Positions 40,510 through 55,052 of a stretch of DNA of 64,000 nucleotides are shown piece by piece; the first letter of the stretch is position 1, and the number at the start of each line of letters is the position of its first letter. The stretch is taken from assembly GCA_964106645.2 (NCBI GenBank), contig OZ067052.1, one strand, 5' to 3'. The notes below the pieces were generated by a model. It ran no database searches. It saw nothing but the letters and a program-made list of their open reading frames with translations, and was not told the DNA's origin. This DNA is from Podarcis pityusensis. Taxonomy: Eukaryota. A program made the translations under genes and the position numbers.

Positions 40510-43500
40510 AAGCATAACTGACAGTTGTAGATATATGCAGACATGGGGTTCGGGATGGAATTAAAAGTTATGAAGTCAGAAGGGAAGGGAATGCAACATG
40601 GACAGACTGTGACAATTCAATGAGGGCCGGACTGTATGCAAACAAGTGACCCTTCACAACAAGCAGTGACAGGCAATAGAAAACCACAGGGTCCATGTTT
40701 AGTAACTTTTTCTTGTTGAACCATTAGGTTTACGCTATAAATGGTTCTAGTCACTACCTTCCACACATTCACATACCTGTGGTTTATTTATTTTGGTTTT
40801 ATTTTATGTATGTATTTGTTTGGCAGTGATCTATAATTGTATATGGTCTATGTATATTGCCATCAGATCCCATTTGATAACAATGTATTTTGCAGAATCC
40901 TATATAACCTTCTTGGGGGGGGGGAATTAATAACAATTATTAAAACAAACAACTTGCCAATGCTGAGCTAACTAACACAGGCAGTAACACAGAAAGTTAC
41001 CATCTCACGCAAAGACCCACATTAACAGAACCGAACTTCTCAATGGACTGCAACTCATTCTTTCTGCAGCTGTTTTTGAATCACTTTACTGATGGCTTTT
41101 ATTGTTCTTTTTGTGTATTACTTTTTTATTGTATTTTATTATTCTTGTAAGTTGCCCCAAACAATACATGAGGAAGCACAGGCTTCAAATTTTTTTAAAA
41201 AAATAAACATGCATGTATTTTTCTTTGTCCTTTAAGACTAGCATATGCCACTAACATTAACCTGGAAAATCCTGTTTTATTCTGAACTCAAGCCTTGTTC
41301 CCAAGAAAGAGAGAGGGTAGTGGACTAATAGAAAGGCAGATGCATTTTAGAAAAATGCTCTCCGCCCATGGGACACACCCTTTATTCTCCAACGTAACTG
41401 TTTACAAAGGGAACATTGAGGCTGACCCTGCCCTTCTCCTCCTCCCTTCACCATTAGGTGAAGGGCTCAATGCACCCCTTGTGAGCCTTGCTTCCACAAT
41501 GACATCATGGGTCCACGTGGATTACTTTGCGCTGGGGCACTCTAGGCTAATGTAATCATATGATTACATAATTAACCCAGCTGTCTCATTAAAAAAATCA
41601 ACTGGAATTCAGGGCATAATTAGTCATACAGCAATTAGCATGCTGATGAGCAAAAATGATGAAAATCCCTCTAGATGGGGAGTGTGTGGGGACCACCCAT
41701 GCCATTTCCAAAAAGAAAGTAAAACCCATCACGGCTGAACAGGACTGGGAGCAAAAGAAAGACCAGATCTGGATCCAGACCTCCAGTGCAGGTTTTGCAG
41801 AATGCCAACCGTGCTTAAAAAGGAAGGGTGAGGGTGAACACACAACAGAATGCCCTATAATCACCAGCAGAGAAAGGTAGAGGAACGCAAGGGGTGGGTG
41901 TCATGAGCCAGAGAGGCTCTGTGTCATCCTAGCAGGGTTGGACCGAGAAGGCAGAACAAAACTGACTGACAAAGAGGTTGGTGGAGGTCAGTTTTTAGAG
42001 AGGTGTGGCAAGGGTCAGAGAAGCTTAATATGAAGAAGGCCGGTGAGCTGCACATAGAGATATAAAGCTGGGGAGGGAGGAGAGAGAGAGCAGAGAAAAA
42101 TGTGGGTCTCTTTTGGCAATGGTGGAGAACTGGGGTCATTTCCCCTCCGTAGGCCAGCAGAACTGTCACTTAGCTCTCAGCAGAGCATCCTCAAACACCT
42201 GCCCAGCCGTGGACCTCTCTCCCCGTGAAGGGGTGGAAGGGCTTGATAGTGGTGTTCTTCTGCTGCAGAGTGAAAAATTACTTGCTCTCCCCAAAGTTTT
42301 TAGATCTTGTTTAATTTCATTTTTACTTTTTAAAGTCTCTACTCCTTCTGTGTCTTACACTGATTTTTATTATTTTAATGGGTGGTTTTTAACAGTATTC
42401 TTGGTTTTTCCTTTCTTTTCAAGATTCCTGCTCTTTTGTCTGAATGCAAACTGCAAGGAAGCCACTTTATTTTTTTACACAAAGCAAGTATACAGGCACA
42501 CACAAAATAAAGTCAAAAGCCACAGCTGGCCTCCCCCACAGCCCGGCTGCCTGTTCACCTGTCCTCTCTGTGTTGGTGAAAACTCCTGCTTACTGTGCCC
42601 TCTTCCTCTTGGAGGTGGTGCAGATTTGAGGAAGGGCAAGTGAATGAGCATTTCACCCAGAGTCCTCTGAAATCTGAGTTGGTGTGCGGCTAACTGCAAG
42701 ACTGCTCTAGTCTGCCTTTCAGAGCTCTGAACAACACGGGAGCTTCTCTGCACAGAGCATACATCTGATTTTGGAACAATGCCTGTATGCACTCAGAGCA
42801 TAGCATCCACGGTCCTCTCCTGGAAGACCACTGTGCCACCTTTGGCAAAGGCAGAGTTTCTCTACATGGAGGAGGTTTTGCAGTGGCAGAATGGCATTCT
42901 GGAAAACGTGAACTCCAAACCACATCAGGAGTTAGAAAGGGCTCCCTGGACTCCACCAAAGGGACTACCTCCTCTTTTGCTGAAAGAGAGAGCAACACAG
43001 TGGAAACGAAGGAGCAGAATTTGTTCAAAAAGGATCAGAAGGCACATCTAAGCCTCTCTTTGAAGAGATTTTGCATTAAAGCATAGCTAATCTGTTTTTT
43101 CTCTTTTTTTTATTAAAAAAAGACATGACGTGTAAAATGTTCATATGCACTAAAACAGAGGTCTCTGAACCAGAGCTTTGCAGCTGCTAGCAACCCCATA
43201 ATCAGCAGTGTAATATCTGCACAGAACTGAAGCATGCCCTCTATGGGCACAACTTCAATGCAACGAGACTGGCTATCTTTATTTATCCTGTTAAATTCCC
43301 ATTTGCCACGCAGTAACTCATTCGTCTCCTGGTGGTGGAAGGGGATTGCGACAATGGGCTGAGGGTGGGGGGGCAGGTTGGGGGAAGAGAACCAGAATAC
43401 TAAAACAAAAGGACTTCATTACAGGCCGGTAACACTGACAACAGCCAGACAGCCAGTTATGAAACACGAGCAGAACCACAGAGGCAATTAATTTTTTATA

Positions 43501-45924
43501 CAGCTGGTAATGCGCTTCCGAAGGTTTGGCTCTAAAAATAATTCATTCCTGACGCTTCAACTCCTTTTCGGAGCGGCTGTATCTGCTCTTCCAAAACCAG
43601 GTCTCCACGCAAAAGCGCTCAGTGATGGGTTTTCTTTCGAGAAAACGCCCACAGAGAACAACGGTTCGGTCTGGTGGGGGGGGGGGTGGAGGAGAGAGAG
43701 GAAGAGATAGAAAAGAAAGCGTCCTCCGGCAAGTCCTTTGAAAACGCACTGTTTGGTTTTAAAGGCCACTGCACACCATCAGCAGTGCCACAAAGCAAAA
43801 GGGAGTTCTTAAGTGTCCCTTTATTTTGCCCCCAGGACGTTCTGAGCAATGTTCACAGCACAGAGAGGCCTCAAGAACACACTCGCCACCCTCCCTCTCT
43901 CTCGCTTATGCCAGAGAAGAGCAATGCCTCAACTGGTGTGGATCAAAGCAGCACCTTTTTCTGAAGGCCAGTGCAGAGCGGAGGGCAGAATGCTAGCCTT
44001 GGACCCGAAGACACCCAGCCACCTTCAGAGCAGTTACGATTCCTTCACCCAACCTTACAGGATTCATTGGGAGGAGAGAACGAGAAGAACAATGAAGCAA
44101 CTTGCACGCCAAAAGGAAGCAAGAACAAATTGTCATAGCAAGTCCTTGCATATCCATCCACAAATGAAATTGCATTTCAGACCAAATAAGAATAATTACA
44201 CTGTGGCTTCTGAATATTCAAACGCCTTCCGGTATAATTAATTCATTAATTATTCCCCAGAAAAATTAATAAACCCACATCACCTAGGGCTTTCTCGCAA
44301 GGAAGCTGTACCCCGCCTCCTGATGCAGCCAGCCCGGTGACAGAAGAGTGATGGCCCTAAGGCCCAAGCTCCCCCAGGACTTCTTAGGAAGTGCAATAGA
44401 GAGCATGCTTTCAAACACTGGCTACACCAGGCTCTCCTCTAAATCAACCCAAGCTTCCTTTAATATGCTGATTTTTATTGTAAAATGAGACTCACCCTAG
44501 AGACTAAATGTTTGCAAAATTGTCCTCTCTCTTGCTAACAGGGAGGGGTGTTCTGGGCTGGGATCATGGTGCATGAAGACAGGGGTTCAGTATTTTTATC
44601 CTTGCACCATTTCCCAGTTAAAAAACCCCAAGCTACCCTCATTATTTGTTTATTTCCCCAGAGGCACCCCCCCCCCCAGCAAAGACATTATGAAAACCTG
44701 TATTCCCATACATACACCACAATTTATAACAGTATATTATCTACAAAACATGTTTTTTTATTGATCCACAAGTTAGCATTCTTACAGATCTGGAGTAACA
44801 GAGTTTGGGCTGCAAGGGCAGCCAGAACTGCTTGAGTTAGTGAATGTTATAAATGAATCCAAACGAAGATTTATTTTCTGGAAATAATGACAAGCCAAGA
44901 GCTGCTGTCTAAACAGCAAGTGTTTTCAAAAGTGGGGGTGCGGCTACTCTTTAAACTAGTAAGTCACTCATCCGGGGTATTGGTAGGTACTTTAAACAAC
45001 TGAGGGCACAAATCTGCAAAGATAAAAATGCACATGCTAATTTATATGCATACATTCCTTTGGGCTAATTTGAGACAGTGGGTAGCTGGGGTCTCCCCTG
45101 CCACTGCTCTCTGCTTACAGGCAGCTGAGCACTCTGCAGTTTTTGTTTTTTAATTTAAATATTCTTTAAAAACATCGGGGGGAGGGAATGGGATAAGAGA
45201 TCCAGAGCCCTGCACACAAGTCCCAGGGTTCAGCACTTCTGGACCATCCTCTACCAACACTCCAGCCATTTAGCTAGAAACATGGTTTTAGATAAACAGC
45301 TTACTGGAGCTTTAGAGCCGGGGGGGGGGGGGAGAGATGATACAAATACTGGCTCTGTATACGACCAAAGTACCACAACAATGTTATATGTGAAAATTCA
45401 GAAAAGCAAAGTCCCTCAGAAACAGACACATTGCAAAAATTATGGGAACAGGTTGAAATGATTCCACCGGCATCTTTGTTGAAGGATACCATAAATTTCA
45501 GAAAAGAACTGGCCTTCCATGATACAATAGGATACAGGAAAGAAGTTAGGTTTTTAAAGGAACAGAGGTAGACTATATATTACTACCCAGCATCATCACG
45601 TTAGATGTTAAGCTTTCTTGTCCGATAGTAGTAATAATAATAATGTCACACAAAGCAAAACTCCTAGGGCTTGCTCTACAAAAGGAAGTTCCGTGTGCAC
45701 AAAGTGACCTTTAACACCAAACAAAGAATTACAGGCTCAATCCATTAAGAACTCCTGCCACCTATTTCAATAAGAATATGGAAGGTAAAGATTCACACAA
45801 AAGTCCTGTACATTTTCATCAGTGTAAATAAGGGCTCAAAGTTAAGTTACTAAACCATCTAGGCCAGATCAGACAAGAGCTTCTACCTTGACCTGACCCC
45901 TACAGGGTGTCCGTGCACAAGTGC

Positions 45925-46095
45925 AGCCATAGCTCAGTGGCAAACCACATGTTTTACATGCGATAAATTTTAGGTATAATCCCCCAAATATGGTAGGGTT
46001 ACTTTCTGAAACCCTGGAGAGCTGTGGCCAGTCAGAATAGACAATACTGGGCCAGATGCGTCTGATTTGGCATGAGACGGACTTCCATGTTCTAA
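45925..46095 (+). mobile_element. tRNA-derived SINE (Squam2-like)
   Basis: Head GCCATAGCTCAGTGG, body CTGAAACCCTGGAGAGCTGTGGCCAGTCAGAATAGACAATACTG. Decayed relatives near 480-545, 23850-24010, 28300-28482, 32640-32770 and 59210-59360. Confidence 0.65.
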
Positions 46096-47134
46096 CATTC
46101 CTAAAGGTGCACATGTGTACAATTCAATCTGTGTAGGCCCAGAATCACTCCAAAGTCTGGGCTTAGGCTCATTACATATAATTCTTTGGTTTATGATTGT
46201 GTACATTGGATGCGTTTTCTCTGTTAACCCAGTCTGTCAAGACTGCAATCAGTTTTCACGTAGGGCATATTCTAGCTGCAGCTGTTTCCTGAGCCTTATT
46301 ATGGGATAGAAGAGCTGTCCTTGCTCTACCAGTCAGTCTAGAAAGTGAGTTTGCCTCCTCCTGCTGGTGAGGAGGCAAAAGATTGGCAGGAAGATGACTA
46401 ATCCAACCAGAGTTAGGTGCTGCCCCATATTTTAGGAATGCCCTTCAGCATCATCCAGCAAATGCCCCTAACCACTGGTTCCCTGGTTAAGGAATTCTCC
46501 CAACACTCAAATCAAAGCTTTGAAACCATGGAGTGTAGATTGTTGAATACCAAGAACCAGCTCTTTTACATTGCTACGCTACTAATTTTAGCTATAGATA
46601 TAAGCAGAATTTACAAGAATAAACAGAGTGGCCTAAAAAGCCTTTTATAAACTATGGGTATGATAATGAAAAGAGAAAAAGAAAAGAAAAAGGAGAGCCT
46701 GGAAATCAGAATGCTAGGAATAAAAGCCAAACACACACAGAGAGAGGAAAAATCATGCTTTATAATTATAGACAACCATGTAATAGAATCAGTCCTCATT
46801 ACTCGCAATACATTTCCCGATCATATCAATTTTTGAGCCTGGAGAGCAAGCTCAGAGGAAGCACATGGCTGATGGTTGCAGCATACATTTGGTGTGCATC
46901 CTTTCCGACAAAGTTTCCAGTCTGCCTTATATTTGCCCAGGCTTTTCCTGACCCATAAAATTGGACTGTGTTTTATGTGTTTGAATATGCTTTATTCCTC
47001 TTTTATATGCTTTTCTGTGGTTTTTTTTTATATTGCTGTCCCATTTGTTTTAGGTTGTGTCCCATTTGTTTTAGGTTGTGTTTTTATTTTAATCACATAT
47101 CATTTGGGTGTTTTTTTTAAAGACAGTACACCAC

Positions 47135-47467
47135 GGACGCGGGTGGCGCTGTGGGTAAAACCTCAGCGCCTAGGACTTGCCGATCGCATGGTCGGCGGTT
47201 CGAATCCCCGCGGCGGGGTGCGCCTGCCAACCTAGCAGTTCAAAAGCACCCCTGGGTGCAAGTAGATAAATAGGGACCGCTTACCAGCGGGAAGGTAAAC
47301 GGCGTTCCGTGTGCTGCGCTGGCTCGCCAGATGCAGCTTGTCACGCTGGCCACGTGACCCGGAAGTGTCTGCGGACAGCGCTGGTTCCCGGCCTATAGAG
47401 TGAGATGAGCGCACAACCCTAGAGTCTGTCAAGACTGGCCCGTACAGTCAGGGGTACCTTTACCCTT
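47135..47467 (+). mobile_element. Sauria SINE with an internal deletion of about 22 nt
   Basis: Close reverse complement of 29539-29906. 8-bp TSD TACACCAC at 47127-34 and 47468-75. Lacks CACTCCCGTTGCTCGGTCCCAG. Confidence 0.92.
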
Positions 47468-48752
47468 TACACCACTTAGAAGTTTTTGAAATATTTTGCT
47501 GTATATAAATGCTTTTAAAATAAATAAAACAAATAAGAGGCAACATGACCAAGCAAGCGGACCATCCATACCCAACATAGCTTTCAGAAACAGCCTGGTC
47601 TTGAAACAACGGAATGTGAGCAAACGCTCCAGTGGCAGTAGAGCTAGTGATCCGGTTGAGGTCCTGGTCTCACCATGGGATGGCAAGATGAAGACACGAT
47701 TGTTCCTAAGGGTCCTCTCCAATACTGCAGGGTCCATAGTGCCCTTTAGTTTACCAAGGAGTTGTAGATGATGAAGGAGCAGCACTTTGGCACCTGCATT
47801 GCATCTTCAATGAGCCATCGGGGGGGGGGGTGTTATTCCAGGTGGTTCAGAAGCTAATTATACCCAAAGTGGGCCTTGGCCCACCGGGTAACATGCTGTG
47901 CACTGTTTGCATGGCACTTGGATGATAAAGTCACTCAGCTCTGTAGTGCCTTGGATACAGCAGTATCTAGTTGCTGTGTCTAACGCAGCACCTCCCATAC
48001 CAGACCCAGAATTTTGAGATGTGATGGGCTGCCTGCCTGCTCCCATGTACACAATGGCCTAGACATTTGCCAAGTGTGTGATATTTGGCAACACGTGAGA
48101 ACATACTCAGTACCTGCAACCCGCCTGTGGAATGTATCCCCATCACAGATTCTACTGCCACCAAACCTGATGTGTTTTTAGAACCATTTAAGAATCCATT
48201 TATTCACCCAGGTCTTTGGCTGAACTGGCTGTGGAGCTGGGCGGTCTCCCCTTTCTGACTTGTCAAACAGCTTTATGGAATGATGAATTTGTTATGTAAC
48301 TGGCTTTATTGTGTATCTATTTTTTGTATTGTAACCCGCCCTGCGGTTATTGTGTAATCAAGAGTGGGCTATAAATTCTCTGAATCTGGTTATCTTCAAC
48401 CTTTTCACACCAAGGACCCACTTTTAACCAAAACATGCCATTGGGGACCCATTTCTTTTTTTTTTTTTACCCATTTATTTGTATGGTCACAGTGCTCTTG
48501 TTGCGACCCACCTTGGATCAGGCTGCAGCCCACCAGGGGGTCCTGATCCAGCAGCTGAAGACAAGTGCTCTAAACAAATAAACAGTTAATCCCAGATCGT
48601 TCCCTGAAATGCTAAGCCAGTAAACCTCACTTACGATTTCTTCCCATTAGAAAGTATTGCAGCGTATTGATTGGTGAAATACTTCTCAAATACACAGCCA
48701 ACTGACAGGCAAAGGAGAAAATGCCCGCCAGGACATGAAACTCCAGACATCA

Positions 48753-48932
<180 letters not shown>

Positions 48933-49689
48933 TTACACAAGCAAGGGTAAATTTATGACTTCATAAACATTTCTGGGGATGCCAGTTCATGTCTCCTTTA
49001 AAGCTAGAAGGTCAGAGCTCCACATGAGAACAGCAGGATTGGAAAAACATTTCCAGTTCCTTAGTGTGGGCATCAGATTTTTATTTTTTACTACCAGCCT
49101 TTTACAGCCAGATCTGGTTCCTGCAAAGAGGAGGGTGGAGTGAGGAGGCAGCAAGAGGAGGCAGCAAGGAATAGGCATTCCTAGTATCTCAGACTGTCCA
49201 GCAAGCCTGATTCATAGACACCCTGCAGAGTGGCCTGTGGCTGCTGTGACTTGCTTGGCTGCTCCTCCTACAGTTCCTCCTCCTTGGCCAGAGCAATGCA
49301 CAGACCTCTCAAACATTGTGTCACCAGTCCTAGATCCACTGGGGACTAAAGTCCTGACATTTGCAGGCTGAATGCACTTCTTAGATTTAGAGGTGCAGGC
49401 AAACCATCGTTATTGTGGCTATTCCTTTTTTGGGCATATTTTTTATTCATTTTCAAGAATAATATCTAGGTACAGAATAAAAAATATCTTCAGTAGTACA
49501 TATGTTTGTCATTTTTAAGCCAGCAACAGTTATGGCAGAGGTTGAGGAATGCCATGCATCAAGTAACAATAGAACAAATAACTATTCTGCGTGCGCACAC
49601 ATCCGTTGCTATAGCTATCCTATGTGCGAATTTTGTTGTTGCTAATGAATCTCCCCTCTGGCATAAACTACTAGGTAGTCTTAAGCAAG

Positions 49690-49726
<37 letters not shown>

Positions 49727-51235
49727 TCTCCCATATGTAATATGGGTATAATTCTGACCTCGCTTACAGGACTTTTGTTCACACCACAGCATGATAATGA
49801 ATGTGAAGAGCTCTCAACACATGAAGATGCTATACAATGCTAATAATTATTGCTTCCTTCTATATTTGAGGAGATGGGCTACCTTGATGCCTCCTGCTTT
49901 TTCCAAAGAAGCCACAGCAAAGTGGTTGGCACTGAAGCATTTTGTAATTTCAACATTTATTCTCTTATTAACAGAGAAAGCACATCTGGTTAAAAGGTGT
50001 CAGCAAGCACAGAATCTATGCAATGTACCAGTTTCAGGGTTTGTTTCACTCTGCTCTAGAATTCTAAGAGACGTCATTTTTACTCTGTTTACAGTCTCAT
50101 TTATCATGACTTGCAGTGGCTTGACAGGAAATAAGGCTATTTGCAATATACTATCCAGGTTGGGTAATTCCTCTCAAAAATTGCTTTGCACATGAGACTG
50201 GTGGATCAGTATGAAGGAAAAAGCAGAGCACCCTAGTCCAAAATATCCCACAGACCTAATTGCTTCCTAGGCCTCTCTGCTGACCATCTTCTCAATCTCA
50301 TCCAACCCAGATTGGTCTCCTAGCTTTAGGCCTTATCTCAAGTCATCTCAAACCCTCCCCATGTCCCTGGCCCCTTCATCCTTTCTCAGGTTCAACTTCT
50401 TGTGCTCTGTGGACCAGAAGACCGTTAGATACTGATGCGCTTTGTGCATATCCATGTCTTAACATTGCCCTCACCGCACATGTTGCCTATTCTGGGTCTG
50501 GCAGACACAATGACACAGCTGCCTTCCCGGCAAACTGGGACCTTAGGGTGAAGGGTGGGCAACTGATTGATTGATTGATTAAAGCAGCAATTGCAAGCAG
50601 TTGTGAAACTACCCTGTAGCACCGCATGAAGCTCCAAGCGGTAACTTTGCCCATCTTTTTCAACCTACACCACCCTGCACAATCGAGCAAGCAAACCCAG
50701 CAAGCAATGCGGGAGCTGTGGCCCAAGAAGCGAGATTAATAGAGACAGTGACACAGTTGTTGCTTCAGAACCAGGCCTGCCTCTCAACCAAGCCATTAAC
50801 ATGTCAGCTTAGGAAGCGATACATCCTAACAGCCCCATGATAAACAATGCATGCTCTAAACCATTATGTAGCACTTACTGGACAGGTACAATATCGGCTG
50901 CACCAGGATCAATAAATGCACCTTTTTGCTTTTAATGCCAACAGCGAAACCTACATCATGAACTAATAGGCTGCAGCGTGTGCTTTATTTATCTCAGCAA
51001 AAAGGAAAAAGACAGCAACTTTCTACCAAATCGTCTTCTCTGGATTGAAAATTAACACACAAAAGAGTATAGCTAATTTCCAGGTAGTTTTAAAAACTGC
51101 GGATACAAGCTATAAGTTGGCTACCACTACAGAGAAGGTCGTATCCTGAATACCCAGCAAATGAACCACAGATAGCACTGGAAACTGAGCAGGTCCTCCC
51201 CTAATTACAAAAAAGGGTAGGCTGGGAGGGTCATT

Positions 51236-51343
51236 TAGCAGAGGCTTGACAACCATATGTCAGGAGTGCTCTGATGGTGTTTCCTGGTTGGCAGGGGGTT
51301 GGACTCGATGGCCCTTGTGGTCTCTTCCAACTCTATGATTCTA
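51236..51343 (+). mobile_element. CR1 LINE 3' end fragment
   Basis: GGGTTGGACTCGATGGCC...CTTCCAACTCTATGATTCTA, typical of CR1 3' termini. Confidence 0.8.
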
Positions 51344-54300
51344 AGTGTCCTGATCCTAAACCATTTAGGGTTTGGAAATACAACAGAGTCCAGTGAAACT
51401 GGCATAAAAATGGAGCCAAAAGGTCCCAGACCTGACCCCAATCAAAACTCTTTGCTGCAGTACTTGGCACCAGCCAAATCTTTCAATTTGTCTACTTGCA
51501 AGGCACCTGACTATAAAGAGTTTCAGTCTTCTCAAAGACTTAACCATTTGCAAGCTTAAAGCAGGAGTTTTAAAGGCGATCCATGTTATTCTTTTCTTTT
51601 CTCATTTTAAGGATTTGCTTTTTGCTGTCATCACTGCCACTTCACAACATTCTGGAAGGCCCCCCCCCCCCCCAATTTCAGTAGCTTGGGTCTACAAGGT
51701 AGGCACATGCCTACTGCTGCCAGAACAACCTACCACGTGTCTACACCATTTATCAACTGCTATGTTTCAGAGGGGAGCCATTTGGCTGAGGCAGGACGCC
51801 TCCTCTCTGGTACGGAAAGGAGAAACGTGCCATTCTTCCACCTCTAGGACAGCCAAGCCTCTTTGGCACTCCATCACCAAACTTCAAGGTTTTCACACTT
51901 GCTGACTCTACCGCCACTGCCCAGCTTCGCCCTCCTTTCAGGATATGAGTAACTCCTGTCAGTTTCACCTCAGAGTTGCTCACCGCCTTCAAAGGGGAAT
52001 CACATGGCCCACAATGATTTGGTTGGCATGGCACGAGGTACCCATGTCACTGGCTCACAGCCGCCGCTGGCTTGAGTGAAGCAGCTCCTTGGCTCCGTCC
52101 ACTCTGGGCAGACCATTCTGCAGAGAAGGTGCAGAGGGGCACACTATCCGCCCTTTGTACACAGCGCCAGTCAGATACTTTCAAGAGGAAGAACTCCAGG
52201 TCAGCTGGGTATTTCCGAGACCTCTCTGTGAAGCCAACAGTCAATTCACAGAGAGGTTTCTGGAGTGGAAGGTGTTGCCCGCAAACTGATTGGGGAAGCA
52301 GATTAGGCAGCAGTCTTCTGACATGCCCCAAATGCATAAAACTGCCAGTCAGTGCACTTGGAAAATCACAAAGAAAACAAGTTCTTTCCAGGACACAGTA
52401 ACCTGCAATTTGACATTAAGTCTCTTCTAAAAGGGACTGGGGGGGGGATGAGGGGAAAGACCGGCTTTTTTCAACCCTTTCACCCAAATGAAATCATGTG
52501 AACTCTTTATGCATCAATGCCTGACCCCCAAAACCAGAATAAACACTCTGTACTCCTTTCCTACCCCTAAAATCCAAGTTGCACCCATCAAATCTTCTGT
52601 AGCCCAAGCCCATCACTGCCACCGCCCCCCCCCCCAAATCTCATCAAGGCACTTTGCTTTTCTCATGCCCCCTTATTCCCCTGTTCTCTTTGCCTCCCAC
52701 CTTGGAGCCGAGTCCTTACAACCTACAGCTGATCCAATGCCAGAGACAAGAGGAAGGCTCCTTCCCTGGCCATCCACAACACACAAGTTGCTGCTGCCAT
52801 AGGGAGGAAATTAAAGGGTATCTATTATCCTGGAGGACATATTAGATTTGCTCCAGATTGTTTGGGTTTTATCACAATGGCTGAGTGAAACCTTTTAATC
52901 AAAAGGCTGCAACTTTTGAAGCCTCAATCAATGAAACAAAAAGCTGTAGATTTTGACACGTGATTTCCACGATCTGGAACAATTTGTAATAGCTTTGCTC
53001 AACGATCGCTTCTGGGAGCGATCTGGTGTGTCCCCCTCCCCCCCAGTACATTGTTTCTGACCGCAACACTGCATTTATTCGACAGCAAAGTAGCTTTGGG
53101 TCTTGAAGAGGTTAACTTCTGGAGCACCTGGCTGCTCGCCAGCCTCTCTCCTCGAAATCGGTGCTAATGCAACAGAACAAGAAGCGCCCAGACTGGCCAT
53201 GATTAATAGACTGCTGAAGACACTGCTTTCCACAGAACACACACTTTTCATTCCCCTGCTTCCATAGATCATGGACTTATCCTCAAAATATCTGACTGAA
53301 ATTGAATTTGGCTTCTCTCTCAACCGTTCATTTCCTATGTTATGCAAGGTTATATCCTTTTTCTGCATGAGCAGAACCAAACCAGCTGCAGCTCCTCAGA
53401 AGGAAAATGTGGTTCCAATTACAAAAGCTGGCCTGGATATTGAACCACAGTTCAGATGCTGCTCTAATTGAGCCATCATGGAGCAAGTCTAAAGTAAAGA
53501 AATTGGATTAATTAGGTTTGCAAAGTTCAGCGTAAGGGATCTTGGCAGCGGGATGGGGGCACTAAATAAAGCAGGTAATGCTATGAAAGGAAGCAAGGGA
53601 GGTGATGCCTTGGCTGGAGTATTTGACATTCAACAAGCTTTCGGGTCGCACAGAACTCTTTTCCAGAAGTAGGTTTTTGATAGGGCATTCATGCCCTACG
53701 AATGATGACATTCACCAGGTAATCCAGCATAGTCTGGTTCTAAATGAGTAAACTGTATGATCTGTAACAAGCAGGAAATGGGACTTAAACAAGGGGTTGT
53801 GCTTATTAATGCTTGGTAACTGGGGCTATGCAAGACTGCGGACTTTCAGAACCTGTAAGGAGGGCTGGAGAGAGGAAGGCAAGCGCACACACTGTTACAC
53901 CATCTGCTGCTGAAATATTTCGAAACAACAGAGGCTGCTCCTTCTCTGCCTGGCCCCCAGCCCAATTTAACAACGGCTATTAGCATCTATAAAATATAAA
54001 TATAAAATTTAGTATACACAGCTGCATCCATGAGCACCTATTGTTTTGGTGTGCCTTACTGGCTGATTTGGCACCAGGGAACCCAGTCAGAGAAACTAAG
54101 TTAATTAGTGGGTGCCACCCATTCATGTCCTAACATTTTCACCTTGTGCCTCCACGTTAAAAATGACTGAATGGGTTTACCTTTAAAATCCCCTTGCCTT
54201 ATCAGAATGAGCCGGCACAGAAAATGCACAGCTGGCCACGTTATTTCAGAATATCTGCCCTCCAGCAGGCTCCGGATTAGGAACTCCTCTGTTGCTCTTG

Positions 54301-54699
54301 GACAGCCCTGCTATGCCACATGAAAAGAATACGGATGACCTCAGGAAATCCTTACCCAGTCTTAAAAATAGCTGCTTAGTGACATCACAGAATCAGGTTT
54401 AGATGCTCCCTTTTCTAATATTCACATTTCTTTCTCTGTCTCAGAACAGTCAGTCTAGCCCAGGAAGCTTCAAAAAGCAGCAGTCATCAGCTTATATAAA
54501 GGGCCAATCCCACCGGAAACCTTTCTGAACTGTGTTCCGGCTGCGTTCCTTTTGAACTGTGAAATTCAATCGTATGCATGGAGAGTTGAGCTTCCCTCTT
54601 ATTTGTTTTCAGAAATTGGTGGAAGTATAGATCTTGATATTAAAAAGAGGCTAACTGTATTGAACTGTGCAGGGATAAAATTCAACGATAGCCATCTAG

Positions 54700-55052
54700 C
54701 CAAGGTGGTGTGGTTAGAGTACGCAACTAGGATGTCAGGAATTCAAATCGCTACACAGCCATGAAGTTCACTAGGTGAATATAAGAAGAGCTGGGTTCAA
54801 ATCAGACCTTAGGCCCAGTTGATCCAGATTTCTCACTCCCTCACTTGCCAATCTGATGCCGCTGGGAAGACCACGTGCAGGACATGAGTGTAATAGCCCT
54901 CTCCTGCCCTTGCCACCCAGTGATTGGTAGCATATAGTCAATACAACTTGTGGGAATTGTTCCAAGGCTAACCTACCTTACAGGGCTGTTGTGAGGATAA
55001 CATGGGGGTGAGGAACATGATGCCCTGCGCTCCTTGGAGGAACAGTAGGGTT
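54700..55052 (+). mobile_element. MIR/CORE-like SINE split by a minus-strand CR1-type 3' fragment (about 54781-54950)
   Basis: The head ends ..GCCATGAAGTTCACTAGGTGA and the tail resumes ..ACCTACCTTACAGGGCTGTTGTGAGGATAA. The intervening segment begins ATAAGAAGAGC. Confidence 0.6.

Noticed and set aside
48936-49120. Strong-looking minus-strand acceptor at 49121 with a donor near 48935
   Set aside because: It would leave only a 69-nt intron before exon 4, and there is no other support. Treated as a pseudo-exon.
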